Of a DNA stretch of 64,000 nucleotides, positions 18,849-27,707 are shown piece by piece. Under the pieces are notes generated by a model, which was given only the letters and a program-made list of their open reading frames with translations, made no database searches and was not told the origin of the DNA. The translations under genes were made by a program, and so were the position numbers. Source of the stretch: an uncultured Verrucomicrobiota bacterium (lineage in GTDB: Bacteria; Verrucomicrobiota; Kiritimatiellia; CAIQIC01; Lenti-01). The stretch covers positions 21,881 through 85,880 of the forward strand of contig CALMBO010000028.1 in NCBI GenBank assembly GCA_937860055.1. Direction: 5' to 3'. Positions within the stretch are counted from its first letter, which is position 1. The number at the start of each line of letters is the position of its first letter.

Positions 18849-19541
18849 CTATGGCTCCGCCAGGTCCTGCAGATAGCGGAGCCGCCCGCTCAGGTAGGGC
18901 CCCGGGAACTGCTCTTCCAGCAGCGCGAGCTGGTCGCCGGAATCAAACAGGTTCACCAAGGCCTCGTAGTCGGCCCGCGCGAAGTTCAGCACGGACTCCA
19001 GCTTGCGGGTGGCCCGGTCCTGGACCACGAAGCAGAGCTGGTCGTCGGTCGAATCCTGCGCATCGAACAGCAGGTTCTTCTTCTCCGCCGGCAGCTTGCC
19101 GGCGTTCTGCTGGTACATCATGTACTTGATGTGCTCGACGAGGCGGGCATCGAGCCCCTCCTCCAGCAGGAAGATGCGCTCGACCAGCTCGCTCCATTCC
19201 ACCACGAGGTGCGCCTCGGGCGGCGGCACGTCCTTGGGCAGCAGCCGGTCCAGCTCGGCCATCGCCTCGCGGAAGGACTTCTCGGCTTCCGCCAGCGTGC
19301 GACCGCCCACGAGCGGATCGAAATGCACGAAGATGTCCTGCTCCCGGTCCCGGTAGATCAGCGGCTTGTCGACGCGGAAGCTTTTCCTGCAGCCCTCGCA
19401 TTCCACGCGGTTGACGCGGTTGAGCAGCAGCGCCTCGCGCAGCTCCGGCTCCGAGTCCACGTTGATGGAATCCCACAGCTCCACCCGCTGCTCCCGGCCG
19501 CACAGCGGGCAGGCGATCTCATGTTTTCGCTTCTGTGACAT
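18849..19541 (-). CDS. CpXC domain protein
   Basis: IACPLCG...WDSIN...ECEGC...LIYRD. Confidence 0.75.
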   Translation of the reverse strand: MSQKRKHEIACPLCGREQRVELWDSINVDSEPELREALLLNRVNRVECEGCRKSFRVDKPLIYRDREQDIFVHFDPLVGGRTLAEAEKSFREAMAELDRLLPKDVPPPEAHLVVEWSELVERIFLLEEGLDARLVEHIKYMMYQQNAGKLPAEKKNLLFDAQDSTDDQLCFVVQDRATRKLESVLNFARADYEALVNLFDSGDQLALLEEQFPGPYLSGRLRYLQDLAEP

Positions 19542-19590
19542 GGAGCCGCATCATGCCAAGCCCGGGCGGGGAAGACAACCAGAACCCGCG

Positions 19591-20301
19591 TCAAGGCGAG
19601 GGCGCCGGAGGCGGCGGGACGGGCGCGGACAGGATGCGTCCGGGCTCGTAGGTCTGCATGAGGCGCAGGAAGACCGGCTCGTATTCATCGTAGAGGGCCG
19701 GGGGCGCGCTGAACTGCACATGGTGCGCCAGGTCGCCAGTCAGGAAATCCAGCAGGAGCAGCCGGCTCTTGAAGAGCTGCACGGAGCGCTTCACGGCGCG
19801 ATGGGGCCCCACATAGGCGAAGTCCATGTGCGTGTCGGCGGCCAGGCTGCGCTCCACCCGCCGCAGGTTCTCGACCAGCCGGTCGAAGGTCAGGCCGTTG
19901 GTCGCCACCACCTGGATGCCCATGTCCATGCCGTAAGGCCCCTGGAACACCACGTTGAAGAATTCGTCGACGGGCTTCTCCACCCTCATCCAGTGGCGCG
20001 GCGGCACCAGGCTGAACAGGCCCGACGGGTCCACGTAGCGGTCTCCCGACAATCCGCCGGCGATGTCCGCCGCGTCGCCCTTGCGCGCGACCGCTCCCGG
20101 CCGCGTCCGTTCCGCCATGCGCCGTGAAATGTGGCGCAGGTCGGCGATCAACGCGACCAGCAGGATGGAGGCGAAGATCCAAATGACCCAGCGGATGCGG
20201 TTCTTGGACTGTTCCTGCCGCGCCTTCTCGTCCCGCTCCCGCCGCCGCTGGCGGGCGAGGGATTCCTTCAGGAAATCGCCGCTGGGCGGGCGCGGCTCCA
20301 T
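19591..20301 (-). CDS. Hypothetical membrane-anchored protein
   Basis: Single TM (WVIWIFASILLVALIA) then YVDPSGLFSLVPPRHW domain (PsbP-like is a guess); coupled to the upstream stop. Confidence 0.6.
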   Translation of the reverse strand: MEPRPPSGDFLKESLARQRRRERDEKARQEQSKNRIRWVIWIFASILLVALIADLRHISRRMAERTRPGAVARKGDAADIAGGLSGDRYVDPSGLFSLVPPRHWMRVEKPVDEFFNVVFQGPYGMDMGIQVVATNGLTFDRLVENLRRVERSLAADTHMDFAYVGPHRAVKRSVQLFKSRLLLLDFLTGDLAHHVQFSAPPALYDEYEPVFLRLMQTYEPGRILSAPVPPPPAPSP

Positions 20302-21239
20302 CAATTGCTCCGCGCAAAGCGGGTCACGCAGGCCGGCAGCCAGTTCCAATAGGCGTAGTATTCGTCCGGCAGCTCGGTCACGATCCGCTCGGAGGCGGTG
20401 ATGTCCTGCCGCAGCGGGTCTTCCTTGCTGGGCAGCGCCCGCTCGTCGCGGACGAAAAGCTGGACATCGCCGGAGACGGCGTCCGTCACCTCTTCGAACT
20501 CGAGCGTGCGGTCCGCTTCCCCGAAATACTCGAAGCGCTCGTCGAGCCCTTCCTCGGCCACCTGGAGGAAGCGGTCGAACCGCGCCGCGCCCAGGGTCTT
20601 CTTCAGCTCGCCATAGAGCTCTTCGCGCACCATCTGCCCTTCTTCCGCATAGGGCGGGATGTTCAGGACCACCTGGTTCTCGGCGGGCTGGTCCACCGAG
20701 ATGTTCTCGGTCTCCAGCTCCTGCAGGACGGCGCGCGTGCCGAGAAAGGCCGTGTCCAGCCGGTCCACCTCCTCGTCGTTCAGCCGGAGAAGCTGGGCGA
20801 GGTCGGCGCTGACCTCCAGGTTCGTGTCCACCGGCGCCAGCCGCAGGTTGGCCATCTGGTTCTCCGGCAGGGGAAAGGTGCCGCGCACGTTGTCGAGGAT
20901 CCAATTGAGCATGTCGTCCAGCCGGCCGCGCAGGCGGGCGTTTTCCATCTCGAGCTGGAACGCCTTCCGCTCCAGCTGGCTCCGTTCCAACGCCGCCAGG
21001 GGAGCGGCCGGAGACGCCTTCGGCGGGACCGGTTTCGCGGAAGCCCTGGAGGGCGGAGAAATCGCCGGGACGGCGGAAGCCGGCGGTTTCACGGAAGAAG
21101 AAGCCGGCGCATGGCCTTTGGATGCCGCCGGCGCCCCTGGAGCCGACATCCACCAGGAGGCGAACACGGAGGCGCAGACCAAAAAAGCAACGCCCATCAG
21201 CGCTGCCATGCATTTCCTGGCCATGTCGGTTTCCAGCAT
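20301..21239 (-). CDS. Hypothetical exported protein with coiled coil
   Basis: N-terminal hydrophobic segment, Pro/Ala/Ser linker, LERKAFQLEMENARLRGRL; start uncertain. Confidence 0.6.
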   Translation of the reverse strand: MLETDMARKCMAALMGVAFLVCASVFASWWMSAPGAPAASKGHAPASSSVKPPASAVPAISPPSRASAKPVPPKASPAAPLAALERSQLERKAFQLEMENARLRGRLDDMLNWILDNVRGTFPLPENQMANLRLAPVDTNLEVSADLAQLLRLNDEEVDRLDTAFLGTRAVLQELETENISVDQPAENQVVLNIPPYAEEGQMVREELYGELKKTLGAARFDRFLQVAEEGLDERFEYFGEADRTLEFEEVTDAVSGDVQLFVRDERALPSKEDPLRQDITASERIVTELPDEYYAYWNWLPACVTRFARSN

Positions 21240-21262
21240 GCCCCGAGCCCGGGCCGGACCGG

Positions 21263-21619
21263 TCACGAGACCGATGCCGCCTGCATGGCCTCCTCGACGG
21301 TGGAATACAGCTTGACCAGTTTGCTCATGCCGAGCAGTTCGATGGTCTTGGTAATCCGCCGGTTCAGCGCCGCAATCCCCAGGAACGACAGGTTCTGGAG
21401 GGAGACCCGCTGGTAGCGGCCCAGCAGGGCGAGCCCCTTGCTGTTCACATAGGACAGATGCTCGCAATCCAGCACGATGCGGATATGGGGTTGGCTGACC
21501 ATGGGATCCAGCAGATCCTTGAACCGGTCGTGGGTCATGGAGTCCAACGGACCCGACACATGGACCAGTTGGATGCCATTGCGGTTCTCGATCTGGGTCG
21601 TCAAGACAGCGTCCGCCAT
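21263..21619 (-). CDS. STAS domain anti-sigma factor antagonist
   Basis: VSGPLDS, IVLDCEHLSYVNSKGL, LYSTVEEA. Confidence 0.88.
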   Translation of the reverse strand: MADAVLTTQIENRNGIQLVHVSGPLDSMTHDRFKDLLDPMVSQPHIRIVLDCEHLSYVNSKGLALLGRYQRVSLQNLSFLGIAALNRRITKTIELLGMSKLVKLYSTVEEAMQAASVS

Positions 21620-21870
21620 GTCTTTTTTCTCCAATCACTCCTGCCGGAGACCTTGGTGGTCCCTCAACGTCCGCACTCTAAATCAAATTCCCGCCGTTTG
21701 TCAGCCCTAAAATCCGCCCGAACGCAACATTTTTCCCGGCAAACGGCAAGACCGGCGCGCACCAGCCGGGCCAAGGCGCCCCATGAGGCCTCACCCACGA
21801 AATACAGCAGCGTGAACACCCCTGCCGCGCCGGTTCACGCTTCACCTCCCCTGCCCGGCGGGATTCCCGA

Positions 21871-22227
21871 TCAAACGGCGGCCGCCGTCTGCACGGCCTC
21901 CTCGAGCGTGGGGTACCATTTCACGGACTTGTCCAGTCCCAGCAGCACAATGCTTTTGAGAATGTTCGGGCGAAGCCCGGCGATTCCGAAAAACGAGAAG
22001 CCCAGCTTGGCGGTCTTCTGGTAGTGCATCATCAACGTCAGCCCCCGGCTGTTCACATAGCTGAGATTCCGGCAGTCCAGCACGATTCGGGCGTGGGATT
22101 GGCTGATCATGGGATCCAGGAATTTCTTGAACTGGTCGTAGGTCGCGGAATCCAACGGCCCAGACACGTGGATCAAACGGACGCCATTGCTGTCTTCAAT
22201 TTCAAAATTCAATGTCGACTCTGCCAT
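21871..22227 (-). CDS. STAS domain anti-sigma factor antagonist (paralog)
   Basis: VSGPLDS, IVLDCRNLSYVNSRGL, WYPTLEEA. Confidence 0.88.
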   Translation of the reverse strand: MAESTLNFEIEDSNGVRLIHVSGPLDSATYDQFKKFLDPMISQSHARIVLDCRNLSYVNSRGLTLMMHYQKTAKLGFSFFGIAGLRPNILKSIVLLGLDKSVKWYPTLEEAVQTAAAV

Positions 22228-22352
22228 GATCTTCTACTCCCGGAATCCGCGGAATCACAGGATTCCTCTATTTGCACATTAACCTAATTATCTTTTAATG
22301 CTATCCTAACATTCTGGTTGGTGCAAGCGAGAAACCGGGTTTTAAGGGATCT

Positions 22353-24593
22353 TCAAGGCACGACGATCTTCTTCCGATAAACAACAAAGGAGGCCTGCCC
22401 CGGCCATTCCATGGGGGGACGGATGCCGAGGGCTTTGGATTGCATATCGAGGAAGGGATCCGGCTCCACCCAGATGAACGGTTCCTCGGGGGGGCCTTTC
22501 ACGCCTGGGGCCGCCAATTCCGGCCAGGCGGAATCATCGAAATCCATGGTCTTCCAGTCTCCTCCCGGATGGAAGGCGAATTTCCACGTCGCGTCCGTCC
22601 CGGCAAACCAATCTTTTCCCCGGATGGCCAGCTGGACCCAATCCGGATACCGCTGGCGGGGGGCCTGGATGGCCAGCACGTGCGGCCCCGGAGGCAGTTC
22701 GAACGAGATGGAGGCCGGCCGTTCCGGATGGCCGGCCTGCACCACTTCGTTCCCGTCCACGAACAGCTTGGCCGGCATGTTGGCGTAGAGGACCGCCAAG
22801 GCCGCCTCGCCCGCCCGTTGCCGCCGGATCATCGTCGCCGCCGTGGCCACCGCTTCGTTGGTATCCGCCAGGAACACCGGCAGCGCGGGAGGACCGCCCA
22901 GCTGCTCGTCCAGCAGCGCCCGCCGGAATTCCAGCATCCGCCGCGTTGTCGCGGGCAGCTGCGCGCCAAAGCGCCGGAGGCGGGCGGACAGCTCGTCGCG
23001 CTCGCCCTGCGCATCGCCGAAGCGTTCGTGGTTCCACATCGCCGTCATGAGCCCGCCCATGTCCAGCTGCGGATCCTGCGGCATGCCGCGGTTCTCCGGG
23101 CGCAGGCGGACCGTGTCCGCCGGTTGCGGCCGGTCCAGATAGCACCAGGCCACGCTCTCGTAGAATGCCCGGCTTTTCTGGTCGGGCCCCCGCTCGAACG
23201 CCATGTCCAGCGATTTTCCGAACCGCGCGGGATCCATCGCATGAACGCGGTATTGAACCGTGCGGAACGGCTCCTTCACGAACAACCCGTGCGTCGGCCC
23301 CGCCATCACGTTCTGGTAGTACCACCCGCCGTTGAAATAGTCCTCCAGCCCCGTTCCCAGCCAGCCCGGCTTCTTCTCGCCGTCCCTCCGGATGCTCTCG
23401 TCGCCCTCCAGCGCCCAATACGATCCGTCCAGCGTGCAGACCGAGAGCAGGCAGCCCACGTACTTTCCGTTCCCCTGGATGCGCAGGACCGGATGGGGCC
23501 GCCCGGCTTCGTTCGGCGTCGTCCGCCACCATCCCGCATGGAAATAGCCCAGCGCGCCGGCGGGCGGTTCCGCTTGCTTCCCGACCCACGCGCGGATCTT
23601 CACCGGCACCGCGGCGATCCGCCCCGCCTCCAGGCGGATCTCCGCCGCCTTCGCGAACGGCATCGGGAACGCGCAGAAAAGGGAGTCCTTCTCCATGCCG
23701 AAGAAAAGCGATTGTGCCCGGATCCGCCTCCACGGCATGCCACACAGGTCGCCCAGCGGCACCCGCACGCTTTCGTTCGTGCTCCCGTCGTAGCGGATCG
23801 ACACCACCCAGTCGCGCAGCACCGCATCGCGCGATTCCTCGGGGATCTTCGCCCACTCCGGCTCGAACTCCAAGCGGCGGATCACCGCAGGACCTTCGAT
23901 CGAGACGCCTTCCTTCCAATCGGAGAGCACGGTTTCCCGCCGCTCGCCCGCCTCGGGCAGCTTCTTTGCCGCCCAAAGGGCGCGGAGATTCTCCAGCGCG
24001 ACGACGTCGCGTTCCGGCAGCGGCCATGCGAACGTTTCCACCGGCGTCCCGCGCGGCAGGGCCGATTCCGAGACCTGGAAGTACGGCTTCGCGCCGGCAG
24101 GCCCCGTTTCGCACTCGATCCGCAGACTCTTCGCGTAGGGCATCGGAACGAATGAATACCAGCAGTAGTTGTTGTATTCCGCCAGCGGAGCCAGGAACGG
24201 CGCCTTCTTCCCGCCGAACAGTTCCTTGATGTCCCCTTCCAGCCGGGGCGTCTCCTCGCCGTCGAAATAGAACCGGAAACGATGCGGATAGCCATCCTTC
24301 GCGCCCGTGAACCACACCCGCGAGACATATCCCGGGCCCTTCAGGTCCACCAGCACCCGCCAGCCCGGCTCCCGGCTGTCGCGCAGGAAGGTGCCGAAGT
24401 CGTCGTTGCCGCCCGTGCGGTCGTAGGAAGTGTGCATCCTCGTGTCCGGCCGGTCCAGCCGCGCCAGCTCCAGCGGATCGGCCAGCCGGGCCGCCAGCGA
24501 GGCCACCGTCGCCGCCTCCCCTGACGGCCGCCCGCCGCATCCCGCCGCCCCCAGCAGGGCCGCCGCCCCCAGAATCCGCCAAATTTGCTTCAT
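22353..24593 (-). CDS. DUF2961 (GH172-like) lipoprotein
   Basis: Lipobox LLGAAGC; SYDRTGGNDD, GPGYVSRVW, PMPY/PMPF, EGDE, GTGLEDYFNGGWY. Confidence 0.8.
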   Translation of the reverse strand: MKQIWRILGAAALLGAAGCGGRPSGEAATVASLAARLADPLELARLDRPDTRMHTSYDRTGGNDDFGTFLRDSREPGWRVLVDLKGPGYVSRVWFTGAKDGYPHRFRFYFDGEETPRLEGDIKELFGGKKAPFLAPLAEYNNYCWYSFVPMPYAKSLRIECETGPAGAKPYFQVSESALPRGTPVETFAWPLPERDVVALENLRALWAAKKLPEAGERRETVLSDWKEGVSIEGPAVIRRLEFEPEWAKIPEESRDAVLRDWVVSIRYDGSTNESVRVPLGDLCGMPWRRIRAQSLFFGMEKDSLFCAFPMPFAKAAEIRLEAGRIAAVPVKIRAWVGKQAEPPAGALGYFHAGWWRTTPNEAGRPHPVLRIQGNGKYVGCLLSVCTLDGSYWALEGDESIRRDGEKKPGWLGTGLEDYFNGGWYYQNVMAGPTHGLFVKEPFRTVQYRVHAMDPARFGKSLDMAFERGPDQKSRAFYESVAWCYLDRPQPADTVRLRPENRGMPQDPQLDMGGLMTAMWNHERFGDAQGERDELSARLRRFGAQLPATTRRMLEFRRALLDEQLGGPPALPVFLADTNEAVATAATMIRRQRAGEAALAVLYANMPAKLFVDGNEVVQAGHPERPASISFELPPGPHVLAIQAPRQRYPDWVQLAIRGKDWFAGTDATWKFAFHPGGDWKTMDFDDSAWPELAAPGVKGPPEEPFIWVEPDPFLDMQSKALGIRPPMEWPGQASFVVYRKKIVVP

Positions 24594-24680
24594 TTTCACC
24601 TCACCTGCCCGTACTATGATGAATTGCGTCGGACAAATGAACCTTTTTTCGAACCAGATTTTGAAAGCGCAGGCGCGGGC

Positions 24681-25685
24681 ATGATCATCTCGCGCACGCC
24701 CTACCGCGTTTCCTTCTTCGGAGGCGGCACCGACTATCCCGCGTGGTACCGCGAAAACGGCGGCGCCGTGCTCGCCGCCGCCATCGCGCGCTACTGCTAC
24801 CTCACCTGCCGCTGGCTCCCGCCCTTCTTCGAGCACAAGTCCCGCGTCGTCTATTCCATCATCGAGGATGTCCAGCGCGTCGAGGACATCAAGCATCCTG
24901 CCGTCCGGGAATGCCTCCTCGAACTCGGCATCCGCGACGGCATCGAGATCCACCACGACGGCGACCTGCCCAAGATGACGGGCCTCGGCACCAGTTCCTC
25001 GTTCACCGTCGGCCTCCTCCATTCCCTCCACGCCCTGCGGGGCGAAACCCGCACCAAGATGCAGCTCGCCACCGAGGCCATCCACATCGAGCGCGACCGC
25101 TGCGGCGACCGCGTCGGTTCGCAGGACCAGGTCAGCGCGGCCTACGGCGGCCTCAACCGCATCCGCTTCGCCCCGGATGATTCCATCTCCGTCGATTCCG
25201 TCCCCCTCCCTCCCCGGCGCATGGGGGAATTCCAGGATTCGCTCCTCCTGTTCTTCACCGGCTTCTCCCGCTACTCCTCCGAAGTCGTCGCCGAACAGCT
25301 TCAGAACGTCCCGAAGAAGAACCGGGAGCTCTCCGAAATGGCCACGATGGTGGACCAGGGACTCCGCATCCTGACCGGCGGGGGCGACCTCGCCGATTTC
25401 GGACGCCTCCTCCACGAAAGCTGGATGCTCAAGCGCTCGCTCAGCAGCCGCGTCAGCACGCCCGAGATCGATGCCATGTACGAAACCGCCCGCAGGGCCG
25501 GCGCCATCGGCGGCAAGATCACCGGCGCGGGCGGCGGCGGCTTCCTCCTCCTCTACGTTGAGCCCGACCGCCAGCCGTCCGTCCGCAAGGCCCTCTCCCA
25601 CCTCCTCCACGTCCCCTTCGACCTCGACCACACCGGCTCCCAGATCATCTTTTCCAACCCCACCCCCCTGGAAACCGCCCCATGA
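24681..25685 (+). CDS. GHMP sugar kinase, HddA-like (heptose 7-phosphate kinase)
   Basis: SRTPYRVSFFGGGTD, TGLGTSSS, GSQDQ, GGKITGAGGGG. Confidence 0.88.
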   Translation: MIISRTPYRVSFFGGGTDYPAWYRENGGAVLAAAIARYCYLTCRWLPPFFEHKSRVVYSIIEDVQRVEDIKHPAVRECLLELGIRDGIEIHHDGDLPKMTGLGTSSSFTVGLLHSLHALRGETRTKMQLATEAIHIERDRCGDRVGSQDQVSAAYGGLNRIRFAPDDSISVDSVPLPPRRMGEFQDSLLLFFTGFSRYSSEVVAEQLQNVPKKNRELSEMATMVDQGLRILTGGGDLADFGRLLHESWMLKRSLSSRVSTPEIDAMYETARRAGAIGGKITGAGGGGFLLLYVEPDRQPSVRKALSHLLHVPFDLDHTGSQIIFSNPTPLETAP

Positions 25686-26860
25686 ACTTCAAGCTTCCCC
25701 TGATGGAGAACAACATCGTGGCCGAGGACCGCGAGGCGGTCATCGAGTTCCTGAAGGGCGACCCGATCCTGACGCAGTCCGCGAACGTCCGGGCGTTCGA
25801 GGAGGAGTGGTCGCGATGGCTCGGGGTGCGCCGCAGCGTGTTCGTCAATTCGGGCTGTTCCGCGAACTTCATCACGATGGCGGCCCTGCGGCATCTCCAC
25901 GGCCCTGGCGAGGTCGTCGTCCCCACCCTCACGTGGGTGTCGGACATCTCCTCCGTCCTCGCCGCCGGGCACACGCCCGTCTTCGTGGACGTGGACCCGC
26001 GCACGCTCGCCATGGATCCCCGGCAGGTCGTCCGCGCCTTGAACCGGAACACCCGGGCCGTTTTCCTGACCCATTGCCAGGGGTTCGACGGGATCGACGA
26101 CGGCATGCTCGCGGAACTGCGGGAGCGCAGGATCCCGCTCATCGAGGACGTCTGCGAATCCCACGGCGCGACCCACGGCGGGAAGAAGGCCGGAACCTTC
26201 GGCCTAGCCTCCAACTTCTCCTTCTACTTCGCGCACCACATGAGCACGATCGAGGGGGGCATGGTCTGCACCGACGACGAGGATTTCTACCAGGCCTGCC
26301 GCATGCTCCGCAGCCACGGCATGGTGAGGGAGTCCGACAGCCCCCCCTTCCGGAAGAAGTGGGAGGACGCCAGCCCCGACCTCAACCCCAAGTTCATCTT
26401 CGCGTGGCCCACCGGCAACTTCCGCAGCACGGAGATCAACGCGGTGATCGGCCGCTCCCAGCTCAAGCGCCTCGACGCCAACAACCGGCGCCGCACGGAG
26501 AACTTCAAGCTCTTCCTCTCGCTCCTGGACCCGAAGCTCTACTGGACCGGCTTCCTCGTCGAAGGCTCCGTCAACTACGCCTTCCCGCTGGTGATGAACA
26601 CGGCCGACGACGTCCTCCGCGACCGCCTCATGGCCGTCATGGATGTCAACGGCATCGAGCACCGGCGCGGCAACGCCGGCGGCGGCAACCAGCTCCGCCA
26701 GCCCTACCTCGCCGGCATCGCGCCGCCCAAGGCCGACATCCCCCGCCTCTTCCCCGTCATCGACCACATCCATTTCTACGGCTTCTACATCGGCAACTAC
26801 CCCACCCTCGACGCCGACCGCATCCGCTGGCTCTGCGGCATCCTCAATTCCGTCCGCTAG
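25682..26860 (+). CDS. DegT/DnrJ-fold PLP enzyme, ColD/RfbH-like 3-dehydratase
   Basis: VNSGCSAN, EDVCESHGA, FSFYFAHHMSTIEGG with His at the usual Schiff-base Lys position. Confidence 0.82.
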   Translation: MNFKLPLMENNIVAEDREAVIEFLKGDPILTQSANVRAFEEEWSRWLGVRRSVFVNSGCSANFITMAALRHLHGPGEVVVPTLTWVSDISSVLAAGHTPVFVDVDPRTLAMDPRQVVRALNRNTRAVFLTHCQGFDGIDDGMLAELRERRIPLIEDVCESHGATHGGKKAGTFGLASNFSFYFAHHMSTIEGGMVCTDDEDFYQACRMLRSHGMVRESDSPPFRKKWEDASPDLNPKFIFAWPTGNFRSTEINAVIGRSQLKRLDANNRRRTENFKLFLSLLDPKLYWTGFLVEGSVNYAFPLVMNTADDVLRDRLMAVMDVNGIEHRRGNAGGGNQLRQPYLAGIAPPKADIPRLFPVIDHIHFYGFYIGNYPTLDADRIRWLCGILNSVR

Positions 26861-27707
26861 CCCCGGCCTTCCCTGCCGCGGCAGCCTGCCGGCCGATCTT
26901 GTCCTGCAGAAGTTCCATCCGGAACACCAGCCATTCCGGCGGCTCCGCGAGGGCATTGGTCGGTAGCCGGCCCATCATCTTCTCTCCAAGTTCAGACAAC
27001 TTTTGCAAGGCCTCCTCATTCCGGCCGGCGCTTTCCAGGGAGTCGGCCTCCTCTTTCAGGAGCATGCCGTCGTCCGGATTCGCGGCGCGGGCGGCCTGCA
27101 CGGCCTCCAGGTATTCGCGGGTCTTTCCCTGCAGCAGAAGCAGGCGGCGCTCGCAGCGCGCAGCCAGGCGCGGGTCGCAGGAATGGGGCGTGATGGTTAG
27201 CAACGCCGGACGGAGATGAAGGGATATGTTCGTGGGGATCAGCGCGGAAGAATCCAGTTCCACGCGATACTCGCCCGGCGGCAACGGCGCCGTCAGCCGC
27301 CACAGCAGGCCCGCTCCCGTCCGCGGCGGCAGACTTCCCGCTTCCTCTGTCAGGAATTCCCACGTCGGCGCAGCCCCGTCCGGACCGCCCGCCAGCCGGG
27401 GAAACACTTCTTTTCCGGAGGCCAGCGGGAGATCGGCATCGTCTTGCGGATTCGAAATCCGGCACCCCACGAACACCGGACAACCCGCCCCGATCTCCGC
27501 ATAGGGGGATTCGTTGACCATGAGCACAGCCGTCGGCTGGTTCGATGGCGCCCATGCCACGGAATCCTCCGGAACCGCCGTCGCCCCGGCCGCAACGGGT
27601 TCCGCCGCCTTGTTTCCGGCGGCAGGCCCCGGATCCGGTCCGCGGCCGCACCCCGCCAGCAATCCCGCCAGGGCCGCAACCAACAGAATGAACGTATGTA
27701 TTTTCAT
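26844..27707 (-). CDS. Hypothetical lipoprotein with C-terminal TPR-like helices
   Basis: MKIHTFILLVAALAGLLAGC lipobox; ATG overlaps the upstream TGA. Confidence 0.7.
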   Translation of the reverse strand: MKIHTFILLVAALAGLLAGCGRGPDPGPAAGNKAAEPVAAGATAVPEDSVAWAPSNQPTAVLMVNESPYAEIGAGCPVFVGCRISNPQDDADLPLASGKEVFPRLAGGPDGAAPTWEFLTEEAGSLPPRTGAGLLWRLTAPLPPGEYRVELDSSALIPTNISLHLRPALLTITPHSCDPRLAARCERRLLLLQGKTREYLEAVQAARAANPDDGMLLKEEADSLESAGRNEEALQKLSELGEKMMGRLPTNALAEPPEWLVFRMELLQDKIGRQAAAAGKAGASGRN

